A program made the position numbers and the translations under genes. Under the pieces are notes generated by a model. It worked only from the letters and a program-made list of their open reading frames with translations. It did no database searches and was not told the origin of the DNA. Source: Myxococcota bacterium (lineage in GTDB: Bacteria; Myxococcota_A; SURF-8). From it: a stretch of DNA of 64,000 nt. Shown here piece after piece: positions 29,998 to 39,354 of this stretch; within the stretch, counting starts at the first letter, position 1, and each line of letters opens with the position of its first letter. The DNA lies in contig OZ223209.1 of NCBI GenBank assembly GCA_965140415.1, positions 5,024,001 to 5,088,000 of the forward strand, given 5' to 3'.

Positions 29998-32109
29998 CTA
30001 CTCGAAGGGATCAACGGTGTGGTGCATGACTTCGTCCATGGTGGTCAATCCCTCTTTAACCTTGGATAAACCGTATTCACGCAAAGTCATGAAACCGTCT
30101 TCACGCGCCTGCAACAGCATTTCTTCTTCAGTGGCGCGCTCGATAATCATGCGCCGCAGAACACGATTGACATTCAGGTATTCGTAAAAACCCAGACGGC
30201 CTTTGTACCCACGCTGATTGCAGCGATCGCAACCGGTTCCATGAGTGAACGTGTACCCGCTACGCTCGTGTGCCGGAATCATGGCCATCAGTTTTTTGTT
30301 CGGAGTATATTCCTCAACGCAATTCGAACAGATGCGCCGCGCCAGTCGCTGGTTCATAACCGCCAACAGGGTATCCGCAACCATGAAAGGTTCGATTCCC
30401 ATATTGACCAAACGAGCAATCGTAGCAACGGAAGTGTTGGTATGCAGGGTGCTTAACACCAAGTGGCCCGTCTGGCTGGCTTTGATTGCCAGCCCCGCCG
30501 TTTCCAGATCGCGGATTTCGCCGACCAGAATAATGTCCGGATCCTGACGCAGCAGGGCTTTCAAAATCCTGGGGAAGGTCAACCCGACCTTTTCGCTCAA
30601 CTGCGACTGGTTCAATCCCTCCAGTTTGTATTCGATCGGATCTTCGGCGGTGCTGATGTTCATCTCTTTGCCGCGCGTCTCCAGCAGGTAAATGAGCGAA
30701 GAGTACAGCGTCGTCGATTTACCGGAGCCGGTCGGCCCGGTGATCAGCACCATGCCCTGCGGGCGCGTGATTTTATCGATGTAGCTTTCCAGAATGGGTT
30801 CCGGCAAGCCGATCATGTCCAGTGACAGATCGTGCAGCTTGTTGCTGTCCAGAATACGCAGAACGATTTTTTCGTTGCCGCTGGCAGGCAGGGTGCTGAC
30901 ACGGAAATCCATCACGCCGTGACCTTCGATGCCCAGGCGGATGTTGCCGTCCTGAGGAACACGTCGTTCGGAGATATCCAACTCGGACATAATCTTGAAA
31001 CGCGACACCACCGCCGGGTAATCTTCCGTGCTGATCCAGCCGCCTTCCTGCAACAAGCCGTCCACGCGGTAACGTACACGCGGCACTTCGCCATATTCCA
31101 CGTGAATATCGCTGGCACCCAACTTGACGCCATCGTAGATGATTTTATCGACGATGCGCGAGATGTAGTTGTCTTCCTTGCCACGCTTGATGGCGTCGGA
31201 ATCGACGTTTTCCTCGTCCGGTACGGTCAGCACCGTGATGCGGTCGCCCGATTCCGGTTGAATTTCAGCGGCCTTGGTTTTTTGTATTTCGCTGATCAAA
31301 TGTTTTAACAGCGATTTATCGAAATTCCCGACCGGGCGCACTTTGCCGACGTTGAAAATGGCGGCGAGTTCATCGAGCTTGAACAGATCGGCGTCGTTTT
31401 CGATGTACACTTCCAATGTACGCATGCCGCGATCTTCAATGATGCGTAACGGGAAGAAAAGTTCCTTTTCAAGCCGCGAGAGTTTCAGTCGGTCGCTCAA
31501 ACTGAAGTTGATGAACTGTCCGACTTCCGTCAGATCGGAATTGCCGCTTTGCAGTTGTCCCATCAAGGCTTTCACGAGCAAGCCGTATTTATCGTTGGAA
31601 ATCAGGTTAAGTTGGGCTAATAACGCCCCGATCTTCTTGTCGCGCGCATGATCGGCCTGGTATTTCAATGCATAATCCAGATCGGCACGTGTAATCACAC
31701 CGTGCTTGATCAGGATTTCACCGATCGGCTGCTTTTTCTTGAACAGACTCGGTTTCTGCTCCGCCGGTGGCGCTTCGGTGTCAGCTTTTTCTTCTTTCTC
31801 GGCCTTTTCCTGCTCTTCCGGTAGAGGAGGTGGTAATTCCAGTTCATCCGGCAAGGGTGGCGGCGTTTCTTCTTCAGGCAGGGGAGGAGGCTCCGGCGGC
31901 AGTTCTCCTTCGGTGAGCAGCGTCAATGCGGGATCATACCCCGGTTGCTCCTCTTCTTCCTCTTCCACCGGTTGCCCCGGCACTTCGGTTTTGGACAAGA
32001 TTTCGTTGGCTACCGAACGCAGCAGCGATTGATCCAGGCCTTTGCGACGGATCTTTTTATTCCCGAGTGGAGAACCTTTTTTATCCGAAGGGGTGTCACC
32101 CATTTGCAC
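29998..32109 (-). CDS. GspE/PilB family secretion or pilus-assembly ATPase
   Basis: ASDIHVE, PQDG, GPTGSGKSTT, EDPIE, LRQDPDIILVGEIRD, TGHLVLSTLHTN, tetracysteine motif and an MshEN-like segment. Confidence 0.93.
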   Translation of the reverse strand: MQMGDTPSDKKGSPLGNKKIRRKGLDQSLLRSVANEILSKTEVPGQPVEEEEEEQPGYDPALTLLTEGELPPEPPPLPEEETPPPLPDELELPPPLPEEQEKAEKEEKADTEAPPAEQKPSLFKKKQPIGEILIKHGVITRADLDYALKYQADHARDKKIGALLAQLNLISNDKYGLLVKALMGQLQSGNSDLTEVGQFINFSLSDRLKLSRLEKELFFPLRIIEDRGMRTLEVYIENDADLFKLDELAAIFNVGKVRPVGNFDKSLLKHLISEIQKTKAAEIQPESGDRITVLTVPDEENVDSDAIKRGKEDNYISRIVDKIIYDGVKLGASDIHVEYGEVPRVRYRVDGLLQEGGWISTEDYPAVVSRFKIMSELDISERRVPQDGNIRLGIEGHGVMDFRVSTLPASGNEKIVLRILDSNKLHDLSLDMIGLPEPILESYIDKITRPQGMVLITGPTGSGKSTTLYSSLIYLLETRGKEMNISTAEDPIEYKLEGLNQSQLSEKVGLTFPRILKALLRQDPDIILVGEIRDLETAGLAIKASQTGHLVLSTLHTNTSVATIARLVNMGIEPFMVADTLLAVMNQRLARRICSNCVEEYTPNKKLMAMIPAHERSGYTFTHGTGCDRCNQRGYKGRLGFYEYLNVNRVLRRMIIERATEEEMLLQAREDGFMTLREYGLSKVKEGLTTMDEVMHHTVDPFE

Positions 32110-32203
32110 CTCTCGTTCCCATTAAGTTAGGGGGATACTTTACCACAAGCCCTCATCTCCCGCAATGAAACGATTTCAATTGGCAGAGCAGCAATGTATG
32201 CGT

Positions 32204-33547
32204 TTACTTGGAGGAATCGCGCAGGGGTCTGCTTCTCCACTGCCGCCAGGTTTCCAGCGCCGGTCTCGCCGTAAGGGTTTCATCGTATAAGCCGGTGTCG
32301 CGCCAGATAGCCGCAATGGCATTTTGACCGATCGCCTCCCACAGGGCGTCGAAATCGACGATGGAAAACCAGGTGATAAAGGCAACGTCATACTTGTCGG
32401 CTTCATTGAAAAGCGTATGCAGAAACTCGTTCTGCCACGCTGCCGAAGCGGCGAGATCGATACTATACTCATCGATCTTCAGATCTTCGGCAATCCAGGC
32501 CGTTTCGGTAATGGCCAACGGTTTTCTATTGGCCATGTCCACCGCCTGCGAGAACCAACCCTCCGGCAGATTGTCGGGATTGCCCGCATTGGCATGTCCG
32601 AAAAAGATGTAGGGATACATGCTGACGCCCAGTATGTCCGTGTACGGCAGCACTTCAGGAACGCGCTGCTTCATTTTCTGTGTTTGTTCTCCCGCCGGGT
32701 GTTTCAACGCAATAGAGACCATCACCGGCAGATCGGGATAGACCTGCTTGATCGCCGGATAGACTCGCGAGGCAAACAGAACGAAGTCGCTGAAGGTCTG
32801 ATCATCGGCGTGCATCAGATCGCTGCATTCGGTTCCATAGTTGACGGCCACCGGCTTGAAACGTGCGATCATGTCGATGGCCCAGGCGGAAAACGCATCG
32901 GCGGCTTTCTGGTCTGCAAATCCTATCGTTCCCCAGTCGCCAAAGTCCGAGCGCGGCAGATTTTCCTGATCGTCCCAATACTCGGCCAGATCCGTGCGAT
33001 CCGAACTGAGGCTGTCCAGCGCCAGCACGATCGGAAAGCGGTCCTCCCGTTCCGGCGCGTAGCATTTGCCGTCTTCATCGGCCAGAAAGACATCGTCCGG
33101 ATAGGTTGCATGCAACCTATCACAGATCTCTTTTTCGATATTGTAATGGTAGGCGCTGCCTTCGTAGGCTTGCTGCCAGGGAACCCCTCCCATGAAATGT
33201 TGCGTGACAAGATCGCCATCCTGCCGAATGCGCTCATGGGTGTCGAGGATAGCCGAAAGCGTCAAGTTGTAGGGCCAGGTCGTGAAACTCAACTTGAAGC
33301 TTCGGGTGGCTGTTAGTATTTCCTGCTCGGAATCTACCTCGCTATCGCCATCGGACGGAAGCAGGTCCAAGTCACCATCTTCGCTTGTTTCCTGTTCTGT
33401 CTGTTCCATCTGTTCCGTGACATCCTCGTCCCCCAAATGGAATTCGGAAACCTCCGAACGTTCACAACCGAAAAACAGTCCAAGAAACAGAATCAGCGAC
33501 ATCGGAACGCAAATCACAGTTGAACAACAATTTTGATTTCTTTTCAC
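32204..33547 (-). CDS. Lipoprotein with an acidic DGD linker and a glycoside hydrolase-like TIM barrel
   Basis: Lipobox FFGC; NYGTE and AITETAW resemble clan GH-A catalytic Glu motifs; GVSMYPY and WRDTGL. Confidence 0.65.
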   Translation of the reverse strand: MKRNQNCCSTVICVPMSLILFLGLFFGCERSEVSEFHLGDEDVTEQMEQTEQETSEDGDLDLLPSDGDSEVDSEQEILTATRSFKLSFTTWPYNLTLSAILDTHERIRQDGDLVTQHFMGGVPWQQAYEGSAYHYNIEKEICDRLHATYPDDVFLADEDGKCYAPEREDRFPIVLALDSLSSDRTDLAEYWDDQENLPRSDFGDWGTIGFADQKAADAFSAWAIDMIARFKPVAVNYGTECSDLMHADDQTFSDFVLFASRVYPAIKQVYPDLPVMVSIALKHPAGEQTQKMKQRVPEVLPYTDILGVSMYPYIFFGHANAGNPDNLPEGWFSQAVDMANRKPLAITETAWIAEDLKIDEYSIDLAASAAWQNEFLHTLFNEADKYDVAFITWFSIVDFDALWEAIGQNAIAAIWRDTGLYDETLTARPALETWRQWRSRPLRDSSK

Positions 33548-33599
33548 AGTTGCTCTCCTATCGAACGAGAGGCATTCCTGCCTGAACCTACCTTCCCTC

Positions 33600-34738
33600 T
33601 TATTCCGGCAGACCCGCCCAGTCCGGGAAAATCACATGCGCCATCTCATTGAAGATTTTATCCGCCAAGATAGGGCCCTGTTCGCAAACCAGATAGCCAT
33701 TGGCAAACACCACGATATCGACGTCACGTACGTGAAACATTACGGTCGTGTAACCGGGAATGGCTCCGGTGTGTCCAACCGCGTCTGGAAGACAACCCAG
33801 CCCCAGGCCATATCCGGCACCAGGAATCGACGCGTCCATATTATCGCAGATCAACCGATCCGTGTGCAACGGCTCCTGCAATAACCTGCTGTCCGTCAGT
33901 TCGTCCAGCCAGACCAGCAGATCGGATAAACTCGAAACAAAACCGCCCGCCGACCAGAATGCGGATGGATGCAGCCGGGTCATGTCTTCCGGTTTTGAAA
34001 GCTACAGGCATCCGTAAACGCCAGATATCCCTTTGCATAGTCGCCGGGAATCTCGGTGTCCGTCGGCAATGACGTATCCGATAACCCCAGCGGCTCCAGT
34101 ATGCGCTGTCGAACAAACGTCCCGTAGGACATTCCCGAGACCTGCTCCACGATCAGTCCCAGCGTGATGTAATTCGAGTTGCTGTAGCTTGCTCCCTCTC
34201 CGGGAGTGAATAGCAACTCGTTTGCATTGGCCACAGTCAACAATTGTTCGGGTTGCCAGGATTGACTGATATCCTCATAGAACTCGTCGAACCAGTCTTC
34301 GTTGGTGGCGTAATCGACGAGACCGCTGGAATGCTCCAGGAGCATCTTCACGGTAATATCGCTGCCGCGAGCGAGCAGTCCGGGAACCAGGCTCTCCACC
34401 GTATCCTCCAGCGACAGCTTCCCGTCCTGAACCAGCAGCAGAATCGCTTCCCCGGTAAAGGTTTTGGATACGCTACCGATGCGAAACAGCATCTCTACGG
34501 AAAGCGGAGTCTCCGTCTCCAGATCGGCCAAACCGTAGGCCGCCGTCCAACTGGAGCCGTCGTTAAATCGCACCAGCGCCATGGCTCCTGGAAAATCATA
34601 TAAAGCAGCGGCCTGTTCCATCGATTGCTGCAACTGTGAACCAAGACGCTCGGCCTCGGTCATCGATTCATCCGTATCGCAGGCGGTAAGTGAAACAAGC
34701 GCAAACCACATCGAGATGCCAATCAACAGTACTTTCAT
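33600..34738 (-). pseudogene. Serine hydrolase (class C beta-lactamase / D-Ala-D-Ala peptidase family) lipoprotein split by a frameshift near 33984-34001
   Basis: The 5' ORF has the lipobox LTAC, FRIGSVSK and YSNSNY. The 3' ORF in another frame has WSAGGFVS, YGLG and GHTGAIPGY. Confidence 0.8.
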
Positions 34739-34841
34739 GTTTTTCTTTTCCTCAACAGGTGAAAACCTTTCAGAGGCTCAAGCATACCCGTCTCTTCTAC
34801 TCAAGCCAAGAGATTCTCTCCCCGATTGCGGTTTGAATAAA

Positions 34842-35005
34842 GGCTGTCTCTAAAAAGGGCTATTCGTCGCGAGAACGCATCCTTTGCGAGACCGGGCGTT
34901 TTTCGCAATCCGCAGGCATATCCTGCAGATACGTCGAGTTTTGAGAGAAACGATCCGGGCCGGAAAGTGGCGTTCGTAGCAGAATATGGATATTTAGAGG
35001 TAGCC
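34842..35005. mobile_element. MITE-like non-autonomous element (164 bp)
   Basis: Imperfect terminal inverted repeats GGCTGTCTCTAAA / TTTAGAGGTAGCC extending inward about 36 bp; TAAA on both flanks (34838-34841 and 35006-35009); no credible coding sequence. Confidence 0.7.
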
Positions 35006-35028
35006 TAAACATTGTTGGTAGCTTCTTC

Positions 35029-35196
35029 TTCCCTTCCCCGACGGAGCCGCCTAGCATCATAAGGCTTGAATACCGGGGTGTAAGAGGGCGGCAGTCAAGG
35101 CCGGAGCGCAGCGACGTTCATATAGCCTTGACGGCTGCATGCGCCCCGGTACAAGCCGAGGATGATGCGAGGCAGGTGATGGAAGGTGGAAGGGAA
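35029..35196. repeat. Long imperfect hairpin (about 170 nt)
   Basis: Nested arms TTCCCTTCC/GGAAGGGAA, GCCTAGCATCAT/ATGATGCGAGGC, TACCGGGG/CCCCGGTA and GTCAAGG/CCTTGAC. Confidence 0.75.
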
Positions 35197-35290
35197 CCCC
35201 TTCCTTGATGGTGGGCCTTGTGGATTTCAGCCTGTCCGTTCAGTTCCCCGGTTTTGAGAATAGAACCCGATTTTTTCATCTTCCCTCGCG

Positions 35291-35319
35291 TTGACAAGCG
35301 CCCTCGCTTCAGGTAGCGT
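35291..35319 (+). promoter_or_regulatory. Putative sigma70 promoter
   Basis: TTGACA-N17-TAGCGT upstream of 35358. Confidence 0.55.
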
Positions 35320-35357
35320 CTGCAAATCGACTATAGGAGCGGGCGAGAGGAAAAATT

Positions 35358-36680
35358 ATGGCCATTGATATCGAGTTGAGAAAGAAAATCGAAACCCATA
35401 AAGCGAAAGTGGGTGTACTTGGGCTGGGCTACGTCGGCTTGCCGCTGGTGATGGCGTTTCACAACGTCGGCTTCCCGGTGCTCGGATTCGATTTGGACCG
35501 CAACAAGGTCGATCAATTAAAAGCTGGCAAAAGCTACTTGAAACACATCGACGATTCGGTAATCGAAGAATTGATGGATTCCGGCGCTTTCGATGCCACC
35601 GACGATTTCTCCCGGCTGGGCGAATGCGACGCCTTACTGATCTGCGTTCCAACCCCCTTAAGCGAAAATCGTGAGCCGGATCTGTCCTACGTGCTGGATA
35701 CGGCAAAACAAATCGCGGCAACCTTGCGACCGGGGCAGCTTGTAGCCCTGGAATCGACGACCTATCCCGGCACGACGGATGAAGAACTGCTTCCGATTTT
35801 AGAGCAGGGTGGCTTGCAGGTCGGAAAAGATTTCTTCCTGGCATTTTCTCCCGAGCGTGAAGACCCCGGCAATCCGGCTTTTTCCACGCGCTCCATCCCC
35901 AAAATCATGGGTGGCGTTACGAAAACCTGCGGCGATCTGACGGAAAGCCTGTATCGGCAGGCCATCGACCACATCGTTCGGGTTGGCAGTACACGGGAAG
36001 CGGAGATGACCAAACTGTTTGAAAACATTTTCCGCTCGGTCAATATCGCGCTTGTCAACGAATTGAAAATTCTGTGCGACCGCATGAACATCGACGTGTG
36101 GCAGGTCATCGAAGCCGCCAGCACCAAGCCTTTCGGGTTCATGCCGTTTTATCCCGGTCCCGGTTTGGGCGGTCACTGCATTCCCATCGACCCCTTCTAC
36201 CTGACCTGGAAAGCGCGCGAATACCAGATCACTACCCGTTTCATCGAACTGGCCGGCGAGATCAATGCCGCTATGCCGGAATATGTCATCCGGCGTACAA
36301 TGGAAGCGCTAAACGAGCGCAAGAAATCACTGAACGGCTCGAAGGTGCTGGTGCTGGGCGTCGCCTATAAACAAGATGTGGACGACATGCGCGAGTCGCC
36401 GTCATTGGTGCTGATCGATCTGCTGCGTGAAAAGGGGGCGAAGGTGGAGTACAACGACCCACATATTCCGAAATTGCCCCCGACGCGTAAATACGAATTC
36501 AACTTGAAAAGCAAAGCCTTGACCGAAAAGAAGCTGGCTTCGGTAGATGCAGTGCTTATCGCCACAGCCCATAGCGCCTACGACTACGATTTCATCGTGC
36601 GCCATGCGCCGCTGGTCATCGATACCCGAAACGCCACCCGGCGGGTCAAGCACGGCCATAAAAAAATCGTGCGGGCCTGA
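35358..36680 (+). CDS. Nucleotide-sugar dehydrogenase (UDP-GlcNAc 6-dehydrogenase, WbpA/WecC family)
   Basis: GLGYVGLP, ICVPTP, ESTTYPGTT, FSPEREDPG, GPGLGGHCIPIDP and DDMRESP. Confidence 0.93.
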   Translation: MAIDIELRKKIETHKAKVGVLGLGYVGLPLVMAFHNVGFPVLGFDLDRNKVDQLKAGKSYLKHIDDSVIEELMDSGAFDATDDFSRLGECDALLICVPTPLSENREPDLSYVLDTAKQIAATLRPGQLVALESTTYPGTTDEELLPILEQGGLQVGKDFFLAFSPEREDPGNPAFSTRSIPKIMGGVTKTCGDLTESLYRQAIDHIVRVGSTREAEMTKLFENIFRSVNIALVNELKILCDRMNIDVWQVIEAASTKPFGFMPFYPGPGLGGHCIPIDPFYLTWKAREYQITTRFIELAGEINAAMPEYVIRRTMEALNERKKSLNGSKVLVLGVAYKQDVDDMRESPSLVLIDLLREKGAKVEYNDPHIPKLPPTRKYEFNLKSKALTEKKLASVDAVLIATAHSAYDYDFIVRHAPLVIDTRNATRRVKHGHKKIVRA

Positions 36681-36787
36681 AATCCGGTAATTGCTGCTTC
36701 TTTCTTTTTTCTTGCCTTGACACATCACCGGCGGGTATGACGGGAACGTTGAAACGACACGTTTTTCAGCCGAACAGGAGGCATATC

Positions 36788-37819
36788 ATGTCCGAAGCCA
36801 TCAAATGGGAAAATAATACGCTGTGGTTACTGGATCAAACCCTGTTGCCGCAGGAAGTCACCTATATTCGCTGTGATACGGTGGATATCGTATGCGAAGC
36901 GATCAAGCGCCTATCCGTGCGCGGCGCTCCGGCGATCGGCATTGCCACGGCTTTCGGCCTGGTGGTAGGCGTCCAAGAAGAATTGCAGGCCAGCCAAACG
37001 CCAAGCTTGGAGCATTACGAAGCGGTGGAAAAAGCGCTGACGGCAACCCGCCCAACCGCGGTGAATCTGGTTTGGGCCATCAAGCGCATGCGTCCCATTT
37101 TCGAAAGCCACCTGGGTAAAGATAGTCTACTGCAAGCTTTGATCGCAGAAGCGAAAACCATTCACGAAGAAGATATCGCCATGAACCGCGCCATGGGTAC
37201 CTTCGGAGCGGAATTGATCAAAGATGGCGACGGCATCCTGACGCATTGCAATGCGGGCGCACTGGCCACCGGCGGCTACGGAACCGCTTTGGGCGTCATT
37301 CGGGCGGCCTGGGAACAAGGGAAAAAGATTCATGTTTACGCGGATGAAACCCGTCCCTTGTTGCAGGGTGCACGCCTTACCGCATTCGAAATGAAAGAAG
37401 AAGGCATCCCCGTTACGCTGATTACGGATAATATGGCCGCCGTATTGATGCGCAGCGGGCGTGTGCAGGCGGTGGTTGTCGGTTCGGATCGCACGGTGCG
37501 AAACGGCGATGTCGCCAATAAAATCGGAACTTATGGCGTTGCCGTGCTCGCAAAACACCACGGCATTCCTTTTTATGCCGCCCTGCCAAGCTCCACCATC
37601 GATCTATCCATCGCAACCGGCAAAGACATCCCCATCGAAGAGCGCGCCCCCGAGGAAGTGCGCGGCTATCGGGACGATCAGTGGGCAGCGCAGGTGGATG
37701 TCTGGAATCCGGCGTTCGATGTCACTCCGAATGAGTTAGTAGCTGGAATCATTACGGAAAAAGGAGTCATCCGGCCCCCGTACGACGTGAACATTCCACG
37801 GATTATCGGAGGGGAATAG
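36788..37819 (+). CDS. mtnA: S-methyl-5-thioribose-1-phosphate isomerase
   Basis: VRGAPAIG, TRPTAVNL, THCNAGALAT, ETRPLLQGARLT, NKIGTY and NPAFDVTP; AGGAGG Shine-Dalgarno. Confidence 0.96.
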   Translation: MSEAIKWENNTLWLLDQTLLPQEVTYIRCDTVDIVCEAIKRLSVRGAPAIGIATAFGLVVGVQEELQASQTPSLEHYEAVEKALTATRPTAVNLVWAIKRMRPIFESHLGKDSLLQALIAEAKTIHEEDIAMNRAMGTFGAELIKDGDGILTHCNAGALATGGYGTALGVIRAAWEQGKKIHVYADETRPLLQGARLTAFEMKEEGIPVTLITDNMAAVLMRSGRVQAVVVGSDRTVRNGDVANKIGTYGVAVLAKHHGIPFYAALPSSTIDLSIATGKDIPIEERAPEEVRGYRDDQWAAQVDVWNPAFDVTPNELVAGIITEKGVIRPPYDVNIPRIIGGE

Positions 37820-37851
37820 CGGATCGTCCAACGGGATAGCGAAACAAGATC

Positions 37852-37884
37852 GGGCCGGATGAGAAATCATCCGGCCCTCTTTTT
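37852..37884 (+). terminator. Intrinsic terminator
   Basis: GGGCCGGATGA-GAAA-TCATCCGGCCC followed by TCTTTTT. Confidence 0.85.
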
Positions 37885-37911
37885 ATAGAAGAGCGTTAAA
37901 ATAAAGCGACT

Positions 37912-38511
37912 TCAGCGCCAGATCTGCGGCGACTCCAACTCATCGTTGGTCAGCGACGTCAAGACATGGTCCTGCCACTCTCCATTAATGTATAGATACT
38001 TGCGAGCCGTGCCTTCTGCAATAAATCCTAGTTTTTTCAGAAGGTTACCGGAACGAGTATTGTGAGGAACGTGGTTGGCCATAATACGATGCAGTTTCAT
38101 GGTATCAAACACATAACGGATTGCGGGCTGGATAGCCTCGTACATCAGCTGCTGCCCTTGATAATCTTTATCTAGGTTGTAACCCATATAGCAAGACTGA
38201 AACGCCCCACGTACAATTTCCGTAAAGGTCAACGTTCCGATGATCGGTCGCTCGGGATCGTCCTTGGGGTACAGTCCCAACCAGATGAAATGATTCCGTT
38301 TAAACTCTCCAAGGGCTGCGGCAAGGAATTCCCGCCAGAAAGTTTCCGTATAGAAATCCGCCGCTCTCGGCGGCGACCACGGCGCTAAATGCTCCTTGTT
38401 GCGCTGGAAGAAATCCAGCATCCGCCCGGCATGTTGCGGTTCGGGAATCGTGACAATCAGTCGTTCGGTACGAAAAACAGGTCGCTCGATTGTGGAATAG
38501 GGGTAGCTCAT
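37912..38511 (-). CDS. rimJ: RimJ-like GNAT N-acetyltransferase
   Basis: HLAPWSP, IVRGAFQSCYMGY, LHRIMAN and YLYINGEWQDHVLTSL. Confidence 0.85.
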   Translation of the reverse strand: MSYPYSTIERPVFRTERLIVTIPEPQHAGRMLDFFQRNKEHLAPWSPPRAADFYTETFWREFLAAALGEFKRNHFIWLGLYPKDDPERPIIGTLTFTEIVRGAFQSCYMGYNLDKDYQGQQLMYEAIQPAIRYVFDTMKLHRIMANHVPHNTRSGNLLKKLGFIAEGTARKYLYINGEWQDHVLTSLTNDELESPQIWR

Positions 38512-39327
38512 CCGATTCCCTTGGCTAATCGGCTGGAAGTGAATGTTCCTCTTACTACCATTTTGCCTGCGCCGTAAGCAGACTGTTCTATTCCTATACG
38601 TTTTACTAGCGTGCTCTTTTTGTCAAGAGAATATAGCGGGAATCCACAGAACGAGACCCACTCAGGCATTTTGGCATCCTGGCATCATCTCTTTTCATTC
38701 TCACGATTTCCAATTGAAATGCCCTCGATCACTCGTTTTTGAGGTGAAAATGACCATGTGTTGCGGCAATTGCAACGCTTTTTTTAACTAGTAAGTCGCT
38801 CTCAAACTTTTGTTGTCCACTATTTCAGGACAAACATATCACATTGTATTTACAGCCTTTTTCTAGTACTCTGATTGTCATTCCACGTCATATTTCGATA
38901 AATTCAATCCAGATTACCCCAGAGTATACAAGTGTTGCAAAACATGTGTTGCGCAGCCATCCAGAATGCGTTGCGTCATAATGCTGGTAATTTTCACTAT
39001 GATATCATTGCCTTATAAACACTTCATACCTTACATTGTCGCAAGAGCGCATTATTTGCGCTTTTTTGGTCATTTTTCTGGGTGATTTTCTGAGTGAGGC
39101 TTCATCCATTTTCTTGGAATAGCCACTTTTATTTCTATAATTTGTGAAATCAAAACAACATCACCGCCTGTTGCTGTGCAACAGGTGCGCAGGTTTTACG
39201 TTTTACGTTTTGTCAAGAGTTTCAGTCACATGCCAGGATATTACCGATGCCAGCCAGCGTCCATTTATAACATTTTGGAATACCTGCCTGCTGTAGACGA
39301 GAATGGGGTGATTCTCATTGTGAAAAG

Positions 39328-39344
39328 TTGGCATGCAGATTGCT
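39328..39344 (+). promoter_or_regulatory. Putative sigma54 (-24/-12) promoter
   Basis: TTGGCATGCAGATTGCT has GG-N10-GC spacing. Upstream inverted repeat CCTGTTGC-TGT-GCAACAGG (39167-39185) and further TGTTGC motifs. Confidence 0.7.
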
Positions 39345-39354
39345 TATTCTTCTA

